Part shown: positions 21,607 to 32,070 of the stretch, one piece after another | How the letters are laid out: every line of letters starts with the position of its first letter | How positions within the stretch are numbered: the first letter of the stretch is position 1 | DNA from: Octopus bimaculoides | Lineage: Eukaryota | Direction: 5' to 3' | Assembly (NCBI RefSeq): GCF_001194135.2 | Contig: NC_068983.1 | Coordinates: 45,553,065-45,586,929 of the forward strand | Length of the DNA stretch: 33,865 nucleotides | The notes under the pieces: generated by a model | Seen by the model: the letters and a program-made list of their open reading frames with translations, nothing else | Database searches by the model: none | What the model was told of the DNA's origin: nothing | Position numbers and translations under genes: made by a program

Positions 21607-24191
21607 TATTTTGTAGAGCCGTTGACAGAGGCGAAGCGATTATACGCCACCATTTCTCTAGTAGTTAGCATGTTATTTTGCAATGCCTAGATCTGAGAAA
21701 CTGAAAATTTGTTCAGTTTTGATGGTACTATTGGAGGAACATTACAATGTTATCTATTTTTTACTTCAACCAAAGCATGAAACTAAATTTATTCAATATA
21801 ACGTCCACTAATGTATAAATTATTGTGCAGCTGTACGATGAGGCAGCAGCTCACACAGAATATTTTATGAACTTTATGCCAAACTGGAAGCTTATTTCTA
21901 CAGATATTTCCATTATTCTCTCACTTCAAAATCTTTATTTCTCAATCGTGCGAAATGAAATTACTTTTTCAACAAAAAACAAACAAACATTTAAAAAATC
22001 ATATTGTTCCTTATAAGATAATTCTGGTGTTCTTTTTAATCACCAACTGCTCAGCACATTATGGTAATATCGAATTAATTCGAATTAATTCGAATTAATT
22101 TCAAAATAAATTCGAGTTAATTTCAAAATAAGCCGTGGTACACAATTCATATGGAAAGTATTAAAATTAAGTCGTTTCATAAATGTAAGAAAACGTGTAA
22201 GATAAATCTCCGCATTGCTAGAACAAATATATGAGGACACTATAAAAATTGATGACAATCATAAGAGACCTGTGTTTATTTCTCAGTTCCAAAACATTAA
22301 TCTGAAATATTGTTAATCATCCAGAATTGCATAAGTTTCTATGTTATATACATATTTTACAACACAATAACTGTAAAGGTGAGCAACGTCAATATTCACT
22401 AATATATTGAGAGTAAGTAACGTTGATGTATGAATCACTTTGGGTTTTTACAGATTAAGTCATTCTAGTAGATTTATAAATAAAACAAGAGATAACACGT
22501 ATATGAAAAGCTACATAATAATAATAGGAATAAATATATTAATACAAAGAAGAGCAAAAGTATTACAGCTATAAAGATTTCTAATATAAATCTATACAAA
22601 AAAAAACTAGGGGAATAATCAATACAATGAAATCTAGTCCAAATCGAGTTCTAGCAAATCTACAGTATACTAAGAATATCTGAAACACAGCTAGACTAAT
22701 GAACATATGGGTAAAAGTGACCGTAATTAAAAGAATTAAGTCGATAGAAGTTTTCTATCTCGATTAACGAAACGTAAAACGTAATTATCAAACATCAGTT
22801 GATAATAGAGGAGAAAGATGTCTCTGAACATAGTTTCATTCAAGAGGCTTCTAATACCCTCTCTTCTGGATTGTGTAAATATTAGCCAAGAACTAAGTCA
22901 CTGAGTAACATGCAGGTATTTTAAATATATTATGAATATAGGTAAATATAAGTTTACAAATCAAAACAAATGAAGGAATTGTGGAAAGAAAATCAATTCT
23001 CATCAGAAATAAATTTATCCAAGAAATGATAACTTTATTTTTGGTAAGTACTGGATGTTCCTTCTCTGTTTCTTTACTCTGTGGTTCAAAAACCTTTAAC
23101 TTTAACACGAAATAAGGGCGAAACTGTGATGCATATATAAAGCAACTGGTAACTCTCTTACAAGCATTGATTTATATTCAGTAGAAAACGAAAATAACTT
23201 GGCATGAAATTAGGTTAGGGAATTACGTCAAGTCCACTTTGAAGACAGGAAAATTAATAAAAACCAGAATATTAAACCAGAATCAGAGATAAGAGAATTA
23301 AACAAAAAGCACACTTACAAATTCTGAGGATTTAATTAACTAGAACGTGTATTACATATACAAATAAAATTACAAATCTTGAAAATCTAAAAACCAAACA
23401 TAAGGCATTAAGTGCAAATAGTCTAGCTGTTCCAGTAATAAGTTGCGATATATATTCAGAACAAGAGTTAAGTAGATTGGTAAAACTAGATGTGAAAACA
23501 TGGAAAGAAATGACTGCGTTTAGAATACCACCCAAACCTAGATAATGGGTGGTAGATGTCTTCTGGAACCAGAAAACTATTTTAAAATAATTACTGCAGA
23601 AGCTAGAAAAACATTAAAACTATAAAATAGGAAAAACAAAACAATAAGTTCTGTTTTCAGGGAAACAAACGAATATAAAACAGAGGGTGCAATTACAGAC
23701 AGCTGTGATAAGAATGAAAGAAAAAATATAACAGAAAATATTTTTAAACTTAAACCTAAATTAAAAATGGAGCTATCAAGCTTCATGCTAAAAGTTTGAC
23801 AAAAAAAAAAAGCCTCGAAGAACACGGAAATCCACCGACAAACCATGACAAAGCAGAAACTACAAGAAATAACAAAACAAATCAAGGAAAAACATTAGCA
23901 TTGTCAGAAAATTCCCGTATTCAAAACTGAGGGCAAAGGTTTTGAATGGTTTAGGAAAAAAAGCAAACATTCTTCTCATAGGAAAATTCAGACGAAGAAG
24001 CAAAGTATAGAATTCTGCAGAATATTTGGTGATTGTGTAGAAACAAACATTGTTTTTTAGTTATCACAGTCTGTCATGTAACTACTCACTCATTAAGAAA
24101 GGATATGATTCGAAAAATCACGAGGAGATTTCACAGAAAATTGGTAAATTACCCATGTTCAGTGAATTGCTGATAGTGAAAAACGCGTCGA

Positions 24192-24544
24192 AGTGGCTAT
24201 GTGGTAAGTAGCTTGCTTACGAACCGCATGGTTCCGGGTTCAGTCCCACTTGGGCAAGTGACTTCTACTATAGCCTCGGGCCGACCAAAGCCCTATCAGT
24301 GGATTTGGTAGACGGAAACTGAAAGAAAACCGTAGTATATATGTATGTATATGTGTATGTGTGTGTGTGTATGTTTGTGTGTCTGTGTTTGTCCCCCCAA
24401 CATCGCTTGACAACCGATGGTGGTGTGTTTACGTCCCCTAACTTAGCGGTTCGGCCAAATTGAACGATAGAATAAGTACTAGGCTTACAAAGAATAAGTC
24501 TTGGGGTCGATTTGTTCGATTAAAGGTGGTGCTCCAGCATGGCC
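24192..24544 (+). mobile_element. SINE family D, near full length, with internal (TA)/(TG) microsatellite
   Basis: tRNA-like head AGTGGCTATGTGGTAAG...GGTTCCGGGTTCAGTCCC, core TTGGGCAAGTGACTTCTACTATAGCC, and a tail matching 1-241. Confidence 0.9.
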
Positions 24545-24609
24545 AAGATATTTATGAATGTATGTGTGTGTACTTTATGCAAGTGTGCGTATCTCTTTAT
24601 GTATATTTG

Positions 24610-24812
24610 TTTGTGTTTGTCTCACTACATCCGCTTCACAACAGGTGCTCGTTTGTTTGCGTCCCAGTAACCTAACGGTTCAGCAAGACAGACCCATAAA
24701 ATAAGTACCAGGCTGAAAAAATAAGAATTTGAGTCGACCTGTTCGACTACACCCATCAAGGCGGTGCTCCAGAATGGCCACAGTGTTATGACTGGAACAC
24801 GTAAAAGATAAT
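24610..24812 (+). mobile_element. SINE family D-related 3' half, older
   Basis: GTCCCAGTAACCTAACGGTTCAGCAAGACAGACC...AAGGCGGTGCTCCAGAATGGCCACAG...TGACTGGAACACGTAAAAG. Confidence 0.8.
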
Positions 24813-25215
24813 GGTTAGAAGATATCCTATTTGACGTATCGATTTCAAAGAAAGACAAACATTCTCTGAAAGAACTGGAGAAACTACGGATATAAATAAA
24901 TACCTCTAAAATACAGACCGTGGGGATGGAAAGCAGAAGCAATTATCATAATGTTAGGTGTATTTTCAAAGATAGAAATGAACGCAAACGAATATATAAG
25001 CAAACCTCAGAAGGTTTATCCAAAGACAACTTACAGGAAATAACACTAGCAGATACAGCACGTAGATTGCTCACATTACTTAAAACAAAAGTCTTTGATT
25101 CTCTTTTCTGTTCACAGCATGAGAAAACTTGTGATATTAGCAAGGTCTTTGATTAGTATTCACATCGACATTAAAATGTATGTTTATTAAAAAGGCGTTA
25201 CTTGCATTTTAAGAT

Positions 25216-25303
<88 letters not shown>

Positions 25304-26651
25304 ACGCATTCATTTATGTATGCAAGCATGTATATATATATATGTATATATGTTTGTGCATGTGTGTGTGTGAATATGTGCGTGTTTGCAGGCGTCTTTA
25401 TGTTGCCTATTTCTGAAATAGCGAGCTCTTACACACATACGCGCACACGCGCATACGCATACACACATGTATGCATGCATGCATGTTTGTATATGTATAT
25501 ATATATTTGTGCATGTCTGTGTGTATGTATGTGCGTGCTTTCAAGTCTCTTTATGTCGCCGATTTCTGGAATAGCAAGCTCTTACCCGTTCGAATATGGG
25601 AAGAGGCATTACTTTAGAAACATTTAAATCACGAGCTAAGAGTTACAGTTTTTGGCGCTGGTATTGGCATTTATCTTTGGTAACTCGTTGGACGCGCACA
25701 AAATTGTTTGATTGGAATGAGTTCTATCCAGGACAAAACGCTTCTTACGGAAATACTATACATATTATACAAATGAATTTGGTTTTGATAAAGTTTTAAT
25801 CACTAAACAAATCATTCTTTGGAGTATGATAGATTTGATTATTGGTTCTAGACGGTTGTTCTAAATTGCAGCCAGCATCAATCTGTTTGAATTTCATTAT
25901 CAGCAGAGATTATGCCAAACAGGAAACGTGTCTGCTAGTATTCTAGGACAATGTCTATTTGGAAATAATCCAAAACATTTAAAGCAAATATTAATGCGGA
26001 CACTGAATTTATTCTCGGTCGACGCTACTCTGATGAAAGCTACTCAGTTAGAAATTTGAAGTGAGGGAGTTCCTATTTGATAAAAAAAAAAAAAAGAAAG
26101 CGACTTTTGTTCACCATTTTGGGAATGATACAGCTGACAAAATATCAGCGCAGGCCTTAATTTTATATTAGCCTCATCCCGTGTTAGAAGAAGAAAAAGC
26201 ATCGAAGATTAATAAGATGGTTGTCAATTACCATTGCATCATCAGGGTGGTATTTGCTTTCTCCACTTTTATCCATTACTTTAACAGACAACTTCTCAAA
26301 TATCATCTTTATATGCAGAAACATTGTCTTGGTTGTGTCTCATCATTTGTTTCAATTGCAATGCGATGACCATTGGTAAAGTCACTTTTTCCATAGCATC
26401 TCACGAAGCAGGCAAAACGTTCAGAACCTGTGAGAAGGGGCAATCATGACGTAAGAAGCACATTTGTTAAATGCCTTCATGGTGTTCATGTTCTCCGAAC
26501 TTCAAGAGTGGTATCACAGTATAACACTGGGTTTCATCACCTGGAGATATTGTTAATAATAGAAATGTCCATGTTTTGTCTCTCGGCCTCCGATGACTAA
26601 AGACAACGCTCGTTACTCACAAGCGAGTTGAAGTCAGTGCTAGGAACTATG

Positions 26652-26944
26652 AGTTGTGTTTATTCCTTCTCGAGCCATGCCTGGCTCATAAGAGCCGGTT
26701 TCTCGGTTTCATTGGCGTATAGGTTCCCCACGTGGATGAGACGCCAGTCCGTCACAGGTGAGCTGCTAGATGAAAGAGGAAAGAGTGAGTGAAAGTTGTG
26801 GTGGAAGAGTCAGCAGAGGTTCTCCATTACCTTCTGCCGGATCCGGGTGGAGCTTAGGTGCTCCACGCCCGGTCTGAGATTCGAACCCGGGATCCCTCGA
26901 CCGCGCGTCCGCTGCTCTAACCATTAAGCCATGAGCCTCCACAT
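26652..26944 (-). mobile_element. SINE family A' (family A-like head, different 3' tail) with 11-bp TSD
   Basis: Head on the minus strand is GTGGAGGCTCATGGCTTAATGGTTAGAGCAGCGGACGCGCGGTC...GGTTCGAATCTC. TAGGAACTATG flanks it at 26641-26651 and 26945-26955. Confidence 0.88.
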
Positions 26945-27267
26945 TAGGAACTATGCTTTCACTAATTGCTTTGTGTTATGTCCCGCATTATGACGACGTA
27001 TTTTGCCATCTCTGCGGGATTGGCCCGAACAGCGTACCTCGGTGACTGTATTTCGTTCATTGCCTATAAAGGGTATACAGAGAGAGGACGAACAAGGACA
27101 GACAAGACAGCACAAGTGGGGACTAAAGACATAAACAGATAAATGAAATGAAATTATATAAAAATGAAGATGTAATGGCTACTACTCGTCCCCACTTCCG
27201 AGTAGCACCATTTTAACTATATTTTTACATTATTTTAAATCTAACTTTTATCCGAATAATTATCTTA

Positions 27268-28873
27268 TTAAATGTAAAGCGGTTTCAGTTTTTCGAATTC
27301 TACCACGGGTGGCAGATGATAGTATCTTATTTCTACTCCTAATGGGTTTACTTCGTCCCCAAAGTTTACTTTTAATTTTTTATAGTTTTTTCATGTCAAT
27401 TAAAATGGGACTCTTATGTTTTCTTCTATAACTGTAATTACTGCCTTCATCTTTCCTATTTTTTCTTCAATTGCTGCATTCGTCCAATAGCGTGTTATAT
27501 ATGCTCTGTTTTTATAATTGTTTTGTGTTTCTTATGCGTCTGCTTGTGTGTAATCAATTAGTGAATCTGTGCTGTCAGAATTTGTTCGTATACGTGAAGT
27601 GTTTGTGAGTGCTTGTGCATATTTCATTGGTGTTACTGGACTGTATCTACGTGGTGGTGTATATTTGGTTGGGATTTCTGGACTGTCTGGTATATTCTTG
27701 CGTGTTAGTTGCTGTGTGGGCGTTTGTGTGTCACTCAGTTCTCTTTTCTTCTTTTTTTTTTAGAGTTCTTAAGGCGGTGGGGAGTTCTTGATGTCATTTC
27801 TCTTCCTATTCTGTGTTTCTTGGACTTCATCTGTGTCTACCTCCTCTGTACCTTTCTTCAACTTCTCGCTGCCACTGCTTTCCTTCTTGCATATTGGCTT
27901 GGTGACGGTGGAGAACAGTAGAAGTTTGTTGGAAGGAGGCGCTGGACTGGGGTTGACACCGCCGGTAGAGGTGCTTGGTTATCGAGAAGGGGATGTATGG
28001 TTATCGAGAAGGGGCTGTTTGGTTATCGAGAAGGGAGCAATTTGTCTTAATATGGCCCTTCTCACTCCAATGATAGCATGTGGAAGGTCTTCTCTCCACT
28101 ACCACAGGCAGCCTCACACCCTATGGTAGCTCAACCTCCTCCGTCATCTCTTGGAGATCAAGTGTGGTGGCCCGAACCACGACTTCTAGGCCACATCCCC
28201 ACCAATCTAGCGGCTTTGCCCGGCCCACCTGTAACGCTTGCGGGTCATCCCCGGCGTCCATCAGGACAGCTGCCAGCAGCCACATTTCACTGATATCCGG
28301 GGACACCCCGCCAACTCCCACTCCTGCCATTCGCCCTCCGAGGCAAGTTGGCAGCAGTACCCACCTTTCCGATTTCAAGGCTATAGCGGAGCGTTCCGCT
28401 GCCCTATCCACAGTCGGGAAGCGCACCTCCATCATACCAAACATCCCGCGTCCACAGTAGAACTCAACACCATCACCCGGCTCCCTCAAACATTCCTCCA
28501 GCCCCTACCCCCTGGCCACGTCAACCCTCCTGGTTTCTAATGAGAGAGTTCTGCCAACTACCGTTTCTCCCTCCCTGCTTCTTGCTACCTCTCCCAGCGG
28601 CGTCAGACCCAGTCCCGCTCCTCCTTCTAACAACCTTATACTGTTCTTCACCGTCTCCAAGCCAACATTCAGCTCTCCGACTTCCAGCTGTTCAACAGTT
28701 GCAACAATACTATCGCGGCCCGCCACCGAAGCGCATCTCCCGGCGCGCGCCTGCACCTCTTCCACACTCTCCGCAATTCTCGCCCCTACCGGGGAAAAAA
28801 TGCAACAAAAGCAAACAATATCACAAGCCAAAACAATCGTCCTCAACAGGTAACCCCACCAAGGACATCCCAT
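27268..28873 (-). pseudogene. Disrupted gag/ORF1-like protein (~520 aa) with CCHC-type zinc knuckle
   Basis: ORFs 28903-28505 and 28489-28121 continue past a TAG into GVRLPVVVERRPST-CYHWSEKGHIKTNC (28078-28037; Cx2Cx4Hx4C with the second C changed to W). A S/T/P/K-rich linker follows, then a C-terminal block ending ...VVEFEKLKPLYI* (stop 27270-27268). Several frameshifts; homologous to 13504-14115. Confidence 0.78.
27977..28036. repeat. 22-bp-period triplication inside ORF1
   Basis: GGTTATCGAGAAGGG at 27977, 27999 and 28021. Confidence 0.95.
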
Positions 28874-29112
28874 CTGCAACGATACAAAATACAAAAGAAC
28901 CAAAAAATAGCTCGCAGACTGACACTATTGACTGTATCAGTCCACTATTTATTGGTAGTGGACCAGCCCACGTCTCACTTGGGGGCGTCTGCCACAACAC
29001 TTCGCCTACCTAAATAGTTGCAAGCAGACCCAGAAACTCTCTCGGTGCTCCGGCTTAAAACTATCAGATCGTGCAGAATGTGTCAGTTACAGTAGTGAGC
29101 TGCTACTTTTTG

Positions 29113-29235
29113 TTTTGACCTTGAGAATATGAAAGGCAAAGCTAATACCGGTGGGATTTGAACTCGATAAAGAGAGCTAAAACAAATATCGTTATACATT
29201 ATTGACGACACCCTTTCGACTCTGCAAATCGCCCG
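29113..29235 (-). mobile_element. SINE family B, very degenerate
   Basis: TGAAAGGCAAAGCTAATACCGGTGGGATTTGAACTCG resembles the family B core (reverse complement). Confidence 0.55.
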
Positions 29236-29595
29236 CATAAACTCGAATATCTGTGTAGATGTTTTAACCTAAATATTGTTTTCAGTTAAAGTTAAGCATT
29301 TTTAAACAGTATTAATTCTTAGGATCAGTTTTGTGTTACATAATTTTCCCAGAGCACTAAACGATAATCATTCACATTAGAGAATTTATGTTTGATATTA
29401 AGCAACATAGTCTGATTGAGAAAACATGCGTATTCCTAACTCAGCTGAAGTTAATAAAACACAACTAGCGTGAACTCGCCATACTTTGTTAAATACTCAT
29501 ACGCCATCGTGGGCTTTTAATCTCTCAATTGTTTGAGAGCAAAATAGAAATCCCATCTTACATATATTCTATTTAGTTTATTCACATCTTCTAAC

Positions 29596-29905
29596 GTGTG
29601 AAGACGCGTGACTTAATGGTTAGAGTATTCGGCATACGATTGTGAGTTGTGTCTTCGATCGCGTTGTGTCCTTGAGCAAGACACTTTATTTCATGTTGCT
29701 CCAGTCCATTCAGCTATCAAAAATGAGTTGTCCCTGTAATTCAAAGGACCAACCTTGTTACATTCTGTGTCACGCTGAATCACCCTGCTAAATACGTTTA
29801 AGGTACCCGTGTATGTGGAGTGCTCAGCCATTTGCACGTTAATTTCACAACCAGGCCGTTTTGTTGATCGGATCAAACAAAATCCTGGTCGTCGTAACCG
29901 ACAGA
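29596..29905 (+). mobile_element. SINE family C (distinct head and core, 3' tail shared with family A)
   Basis: Core TGTGTCCTTGAGCAAGACACTTTATTTCA. Tail TGTAATTCAAAGG...GTCACGCTGAAT...GCACGTTAATTTCAC...TTGATCGGATCAA...GTCGTAACCGAC matches the 3' part of family A. Confidence 0.85.
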
Positions 29906-30954
29906 TTGAAGTTATCTTCTGAAGTTAGTCACGTAGTTTTTCTCGAAATTTACTTTGCATATGGATTATTTTTACTTCTTTTGTTTTTTTCATGTTCGAT
30001 GTTGTCCCAAACAATATTTCAGGTCACTGTAGCCTAAACAAACACAAAGACAGAAAAGGTCTACTAATTCAAAAGTTGTCGATTGACAGAAAGCTTGTTT
30101 CAGAAACACTGAACATCATACGTCAGAGGAAAGCAAAACGATGGTAGTCACTTTCAGAGAGTAGTAGTTAGAGGAAAGAAACTATTAGAATAAAAGGACT
30201 TATGACTAACAGGAAGTTCCGCAGAGAAACAACGCGCCTGGGAAGAGAAACGGGTGACATGTTTAAAGGTCTTGACATATTAAATAACATTTGCCAATTA
30301 TATAGAGGTTGGATAAGATTGCTATTTTCCCTAAGATAAGAGAAAATCAGTTTTCATCACCTTGTAAAAATAATAAAGTATAAATATTATTTATGTAATT
30401 AAATTATAATAATGGTTTAGAATATAATATTATTTTGGTATTATGTGTAGTTAAGTTTCACCAGTAAGGATCAAGAGATAGTTAAGCGTAAATACCGAAG
30501 GAATGATATCGACAGAGCGATTTACCAATTGATATATAATTATTAATTGATATTATCATTACTGTCCATACTAGTAATTAATTATAGTTTAAAAATAAAG
30601 AATTCAGGAGTGACTGAATTAATGCGAGTTTTTAGGAAATTAGAAAAGGAAACAATTAATTGTACACAGAAAATATCACACCCAAATGAAAACATTTAAA
30701 AACCGTCCTTATCAGGACAGAAATCTATGTAAATTACTCACAATAAACAAAACAAATTAATGCAGTTCGCTGAGTCACACGATAAAGAAGTAAAAATGTT
30801 TTATTATCAAACAGGCTGAAAAAGACAAAATTAAAACATAGAAGTAGAGTACCATTTAGTACCACAAACTGAATGAGTATACGCTGTTTGATGAATAAGT
30901 ATGAGATAAATGTATTATAAACATTACGATCTTAAAGGTGTGTGACCATCCTCT

Positions 30955-31129
30955 ACTTAAGCGTAGACCAACCGAAAACCTTCTTCTTGGAGGGAATACA
31001 CAAGCTTGTGTACCGCTAGACCAAGTGCATCGAAAAGGAAGGATTACAATATAGAAAAATTACGTACTTGCTTATGAGTAAATACACTGAAAAAACAAGA
31101 GTGCAGATAATTTTTGACTCACCCTCGAA
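30955..31129 (+). mobile_element. Mariner 3' end: transposase C-terminus plus one TIR
   Basis: QPKTFFLEGIHKLVYR*TKCIEKEG from 30968, then GTGCAGATAATTTTTGACTCACCCTCGAA (31101-31129), whose reverse complement resembles TACGAGGG-type mariner TIRs. Confidence 0.72.
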
Positions 31130-31564
31130 CAAATTAGGTTCGTTCATAAAAACACCAATTATTGATGAAAACTGCTAATTATTATAAGTGTTTTGTACCA
31201 ACGTAAAACTACGACAGTTACCCAATACAGCTGCGATAGACAGTTGCGGCATTAACCTGGTCGATATATCAACAATTATGAAAAGCACTTGTTCTAATAA
31301 TGTAAACTTATTTCATCCATGGAAATGGAAATGTCATTAAACTGTTTATAAGCAAAAGAGTCAGAGCTAAATTTAATGAATTACTTGAATGAGTCTCAAT
31401 TTCAATAAAATGACATATTTCAACAGATCCCAACACTGTCTTCATTTCTAGGAAGTTTATGGCACATCTGATGGATTTAAATAGTATATCTGGGCCATAT
31501 TCACGAGTGGTGGGAAGCAAGAGGCTCAGCTGGATCTTACAATTGCAGGTATTAGCACAGTAAT

Positions 31565-32070
31565 GCACAAGCTCCAGGGTTCGATCCTCAGAAGAAGTGG
31601 GGGGGGGGTTGAAAAAAGCCAAACCTGTAACTTTCATGCTGGTTTTCATGCCTCTTCTCACCCATGGTCATGAATGTTAGGTAACGACCAAAATAGTGCG
31701 ATCGCAAACGCAAGCAGCAGAAATAGGCCTCTTGTAAGGGATCTCTGATCTAACGTTACTCGACAGAGTGTGTAGCTTAGAGATAAGGGAACAACTATTT
31801 CTCCGCATAAAGAGGTCACAGTTCCTATACCACGGACATGCTATTAGAACATCACAAGAAATAACCACAAAATAGATTCTTCAAACTGAGACAACTAGCC
31901 GGAGATATGGGGCACACCAAGTNNNNNNNNNNGAGATATGGGGCACACCAAGTTTCAGATGGTTGGATTATATCCATTTTCTGGATCGTGTTTGGGAATC
32001 CAAACGGAAAGTTTAATGACGATTGCTCGCTATAGAACCCCTCGGAGGAGGTAACTGAGGATTCTGTTCT
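31565..32070 (+). pseudogene. RTE-clade (Rex3/Expander/BovB-like) LINE ORF C-terminal remnant
   Basis: From 31615: KAKPVTFMLVFMPLLTHGHEC*VTTKIVRSQTQAAEIGLL*GISDLTLLDRVCSLEIREQLFLRIKRSQFLYHGHAIR. This matches the RTE post-RT region (KAKL..PTLTYGHE.W..RSRIQAAEM.FLRR..DRVRSS.IRE..RSQLRW.GH). Confidence 0.85.

Larger units (their letters stand above)
23130..25150 (+). pseudogene. Heavily decayed R4/Dong-clade (REL-endonuclease) LINE 3' half, interrupted by two SINEs
   Basis: Motif vestiges in the expected order: GMKLG (23201), EIRELNKKHTYKF*G (23286-23330; RT YKYLG), NSLAVPVIS (23417-23443), LDVKT (23486-23500), CRIFGDCVET (~24015; CCHC knuckle). After the SINEs come LFDVSISKKDKHSLKELEKL (~24825-24890; REL), WGWKAEAIIIMLGV and NLQEITLADTAR. 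Confidence 0.72.
27052..28928 (-). mobile_element. Complete 1,877-bp ORF1-only non-LTR retroelement ('half-LINE'-like) flanked by a 9-bp TSD
   Basis: TGACTGTAT at 27043-27051 and 28929-28937. Interior: short 5' leader, one disrupted gag-like ORF, ~216-nt pyrimidine-rich 3' UTR ending ...GGCAATGAACGAA. No APE or RT motifs seen. Confidence 0.8.

Noticed and set aside
144-25627. ORFs rich in YI/CV/HT/MYVC or poly-K/L/F/I/M/H (e.g. 3711-4001, 4068-4454, 11317-11763, 19640-20140, 25202-25627)
   Set aside because: Translations of di-, tri- and tetranucleotide microsatellites.
25632-25682. RVTVFGAGIG Rossmann-like peptide
   Set aside because: A stop follows within a few codons, there is no exon context, and the GxGxxG pattern is incomplete.
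26025-26060. CTGATGA...GAAA second hammerhead candidate
   Set aside because: Stem II is weak, there is no credible stem I or GUH triplet, and it could be chance.
26200-26640. Possible decayed LINE coding sequence (also 6330-6740 and 17520-18000)
   Set aside because: No diagnostic motif could be recovered by eye; a frameshift-aware protein search is needed.
28540-29013. 157-aa plus-strand ORF (and 28080-28460, 27788-28129)
   Set aside because: Antisense shadows of the purine-rich minus-strand ORF1. The minus frame is the one that aligns with the 13.5-kb homologue.
31902-31953. GAGATATGGGGCACACCAAGT repeated on both sides of an 11-N gap
   Set aside because: Typical unmerged contig overlap; an assembly artefact rather than a real duplication.
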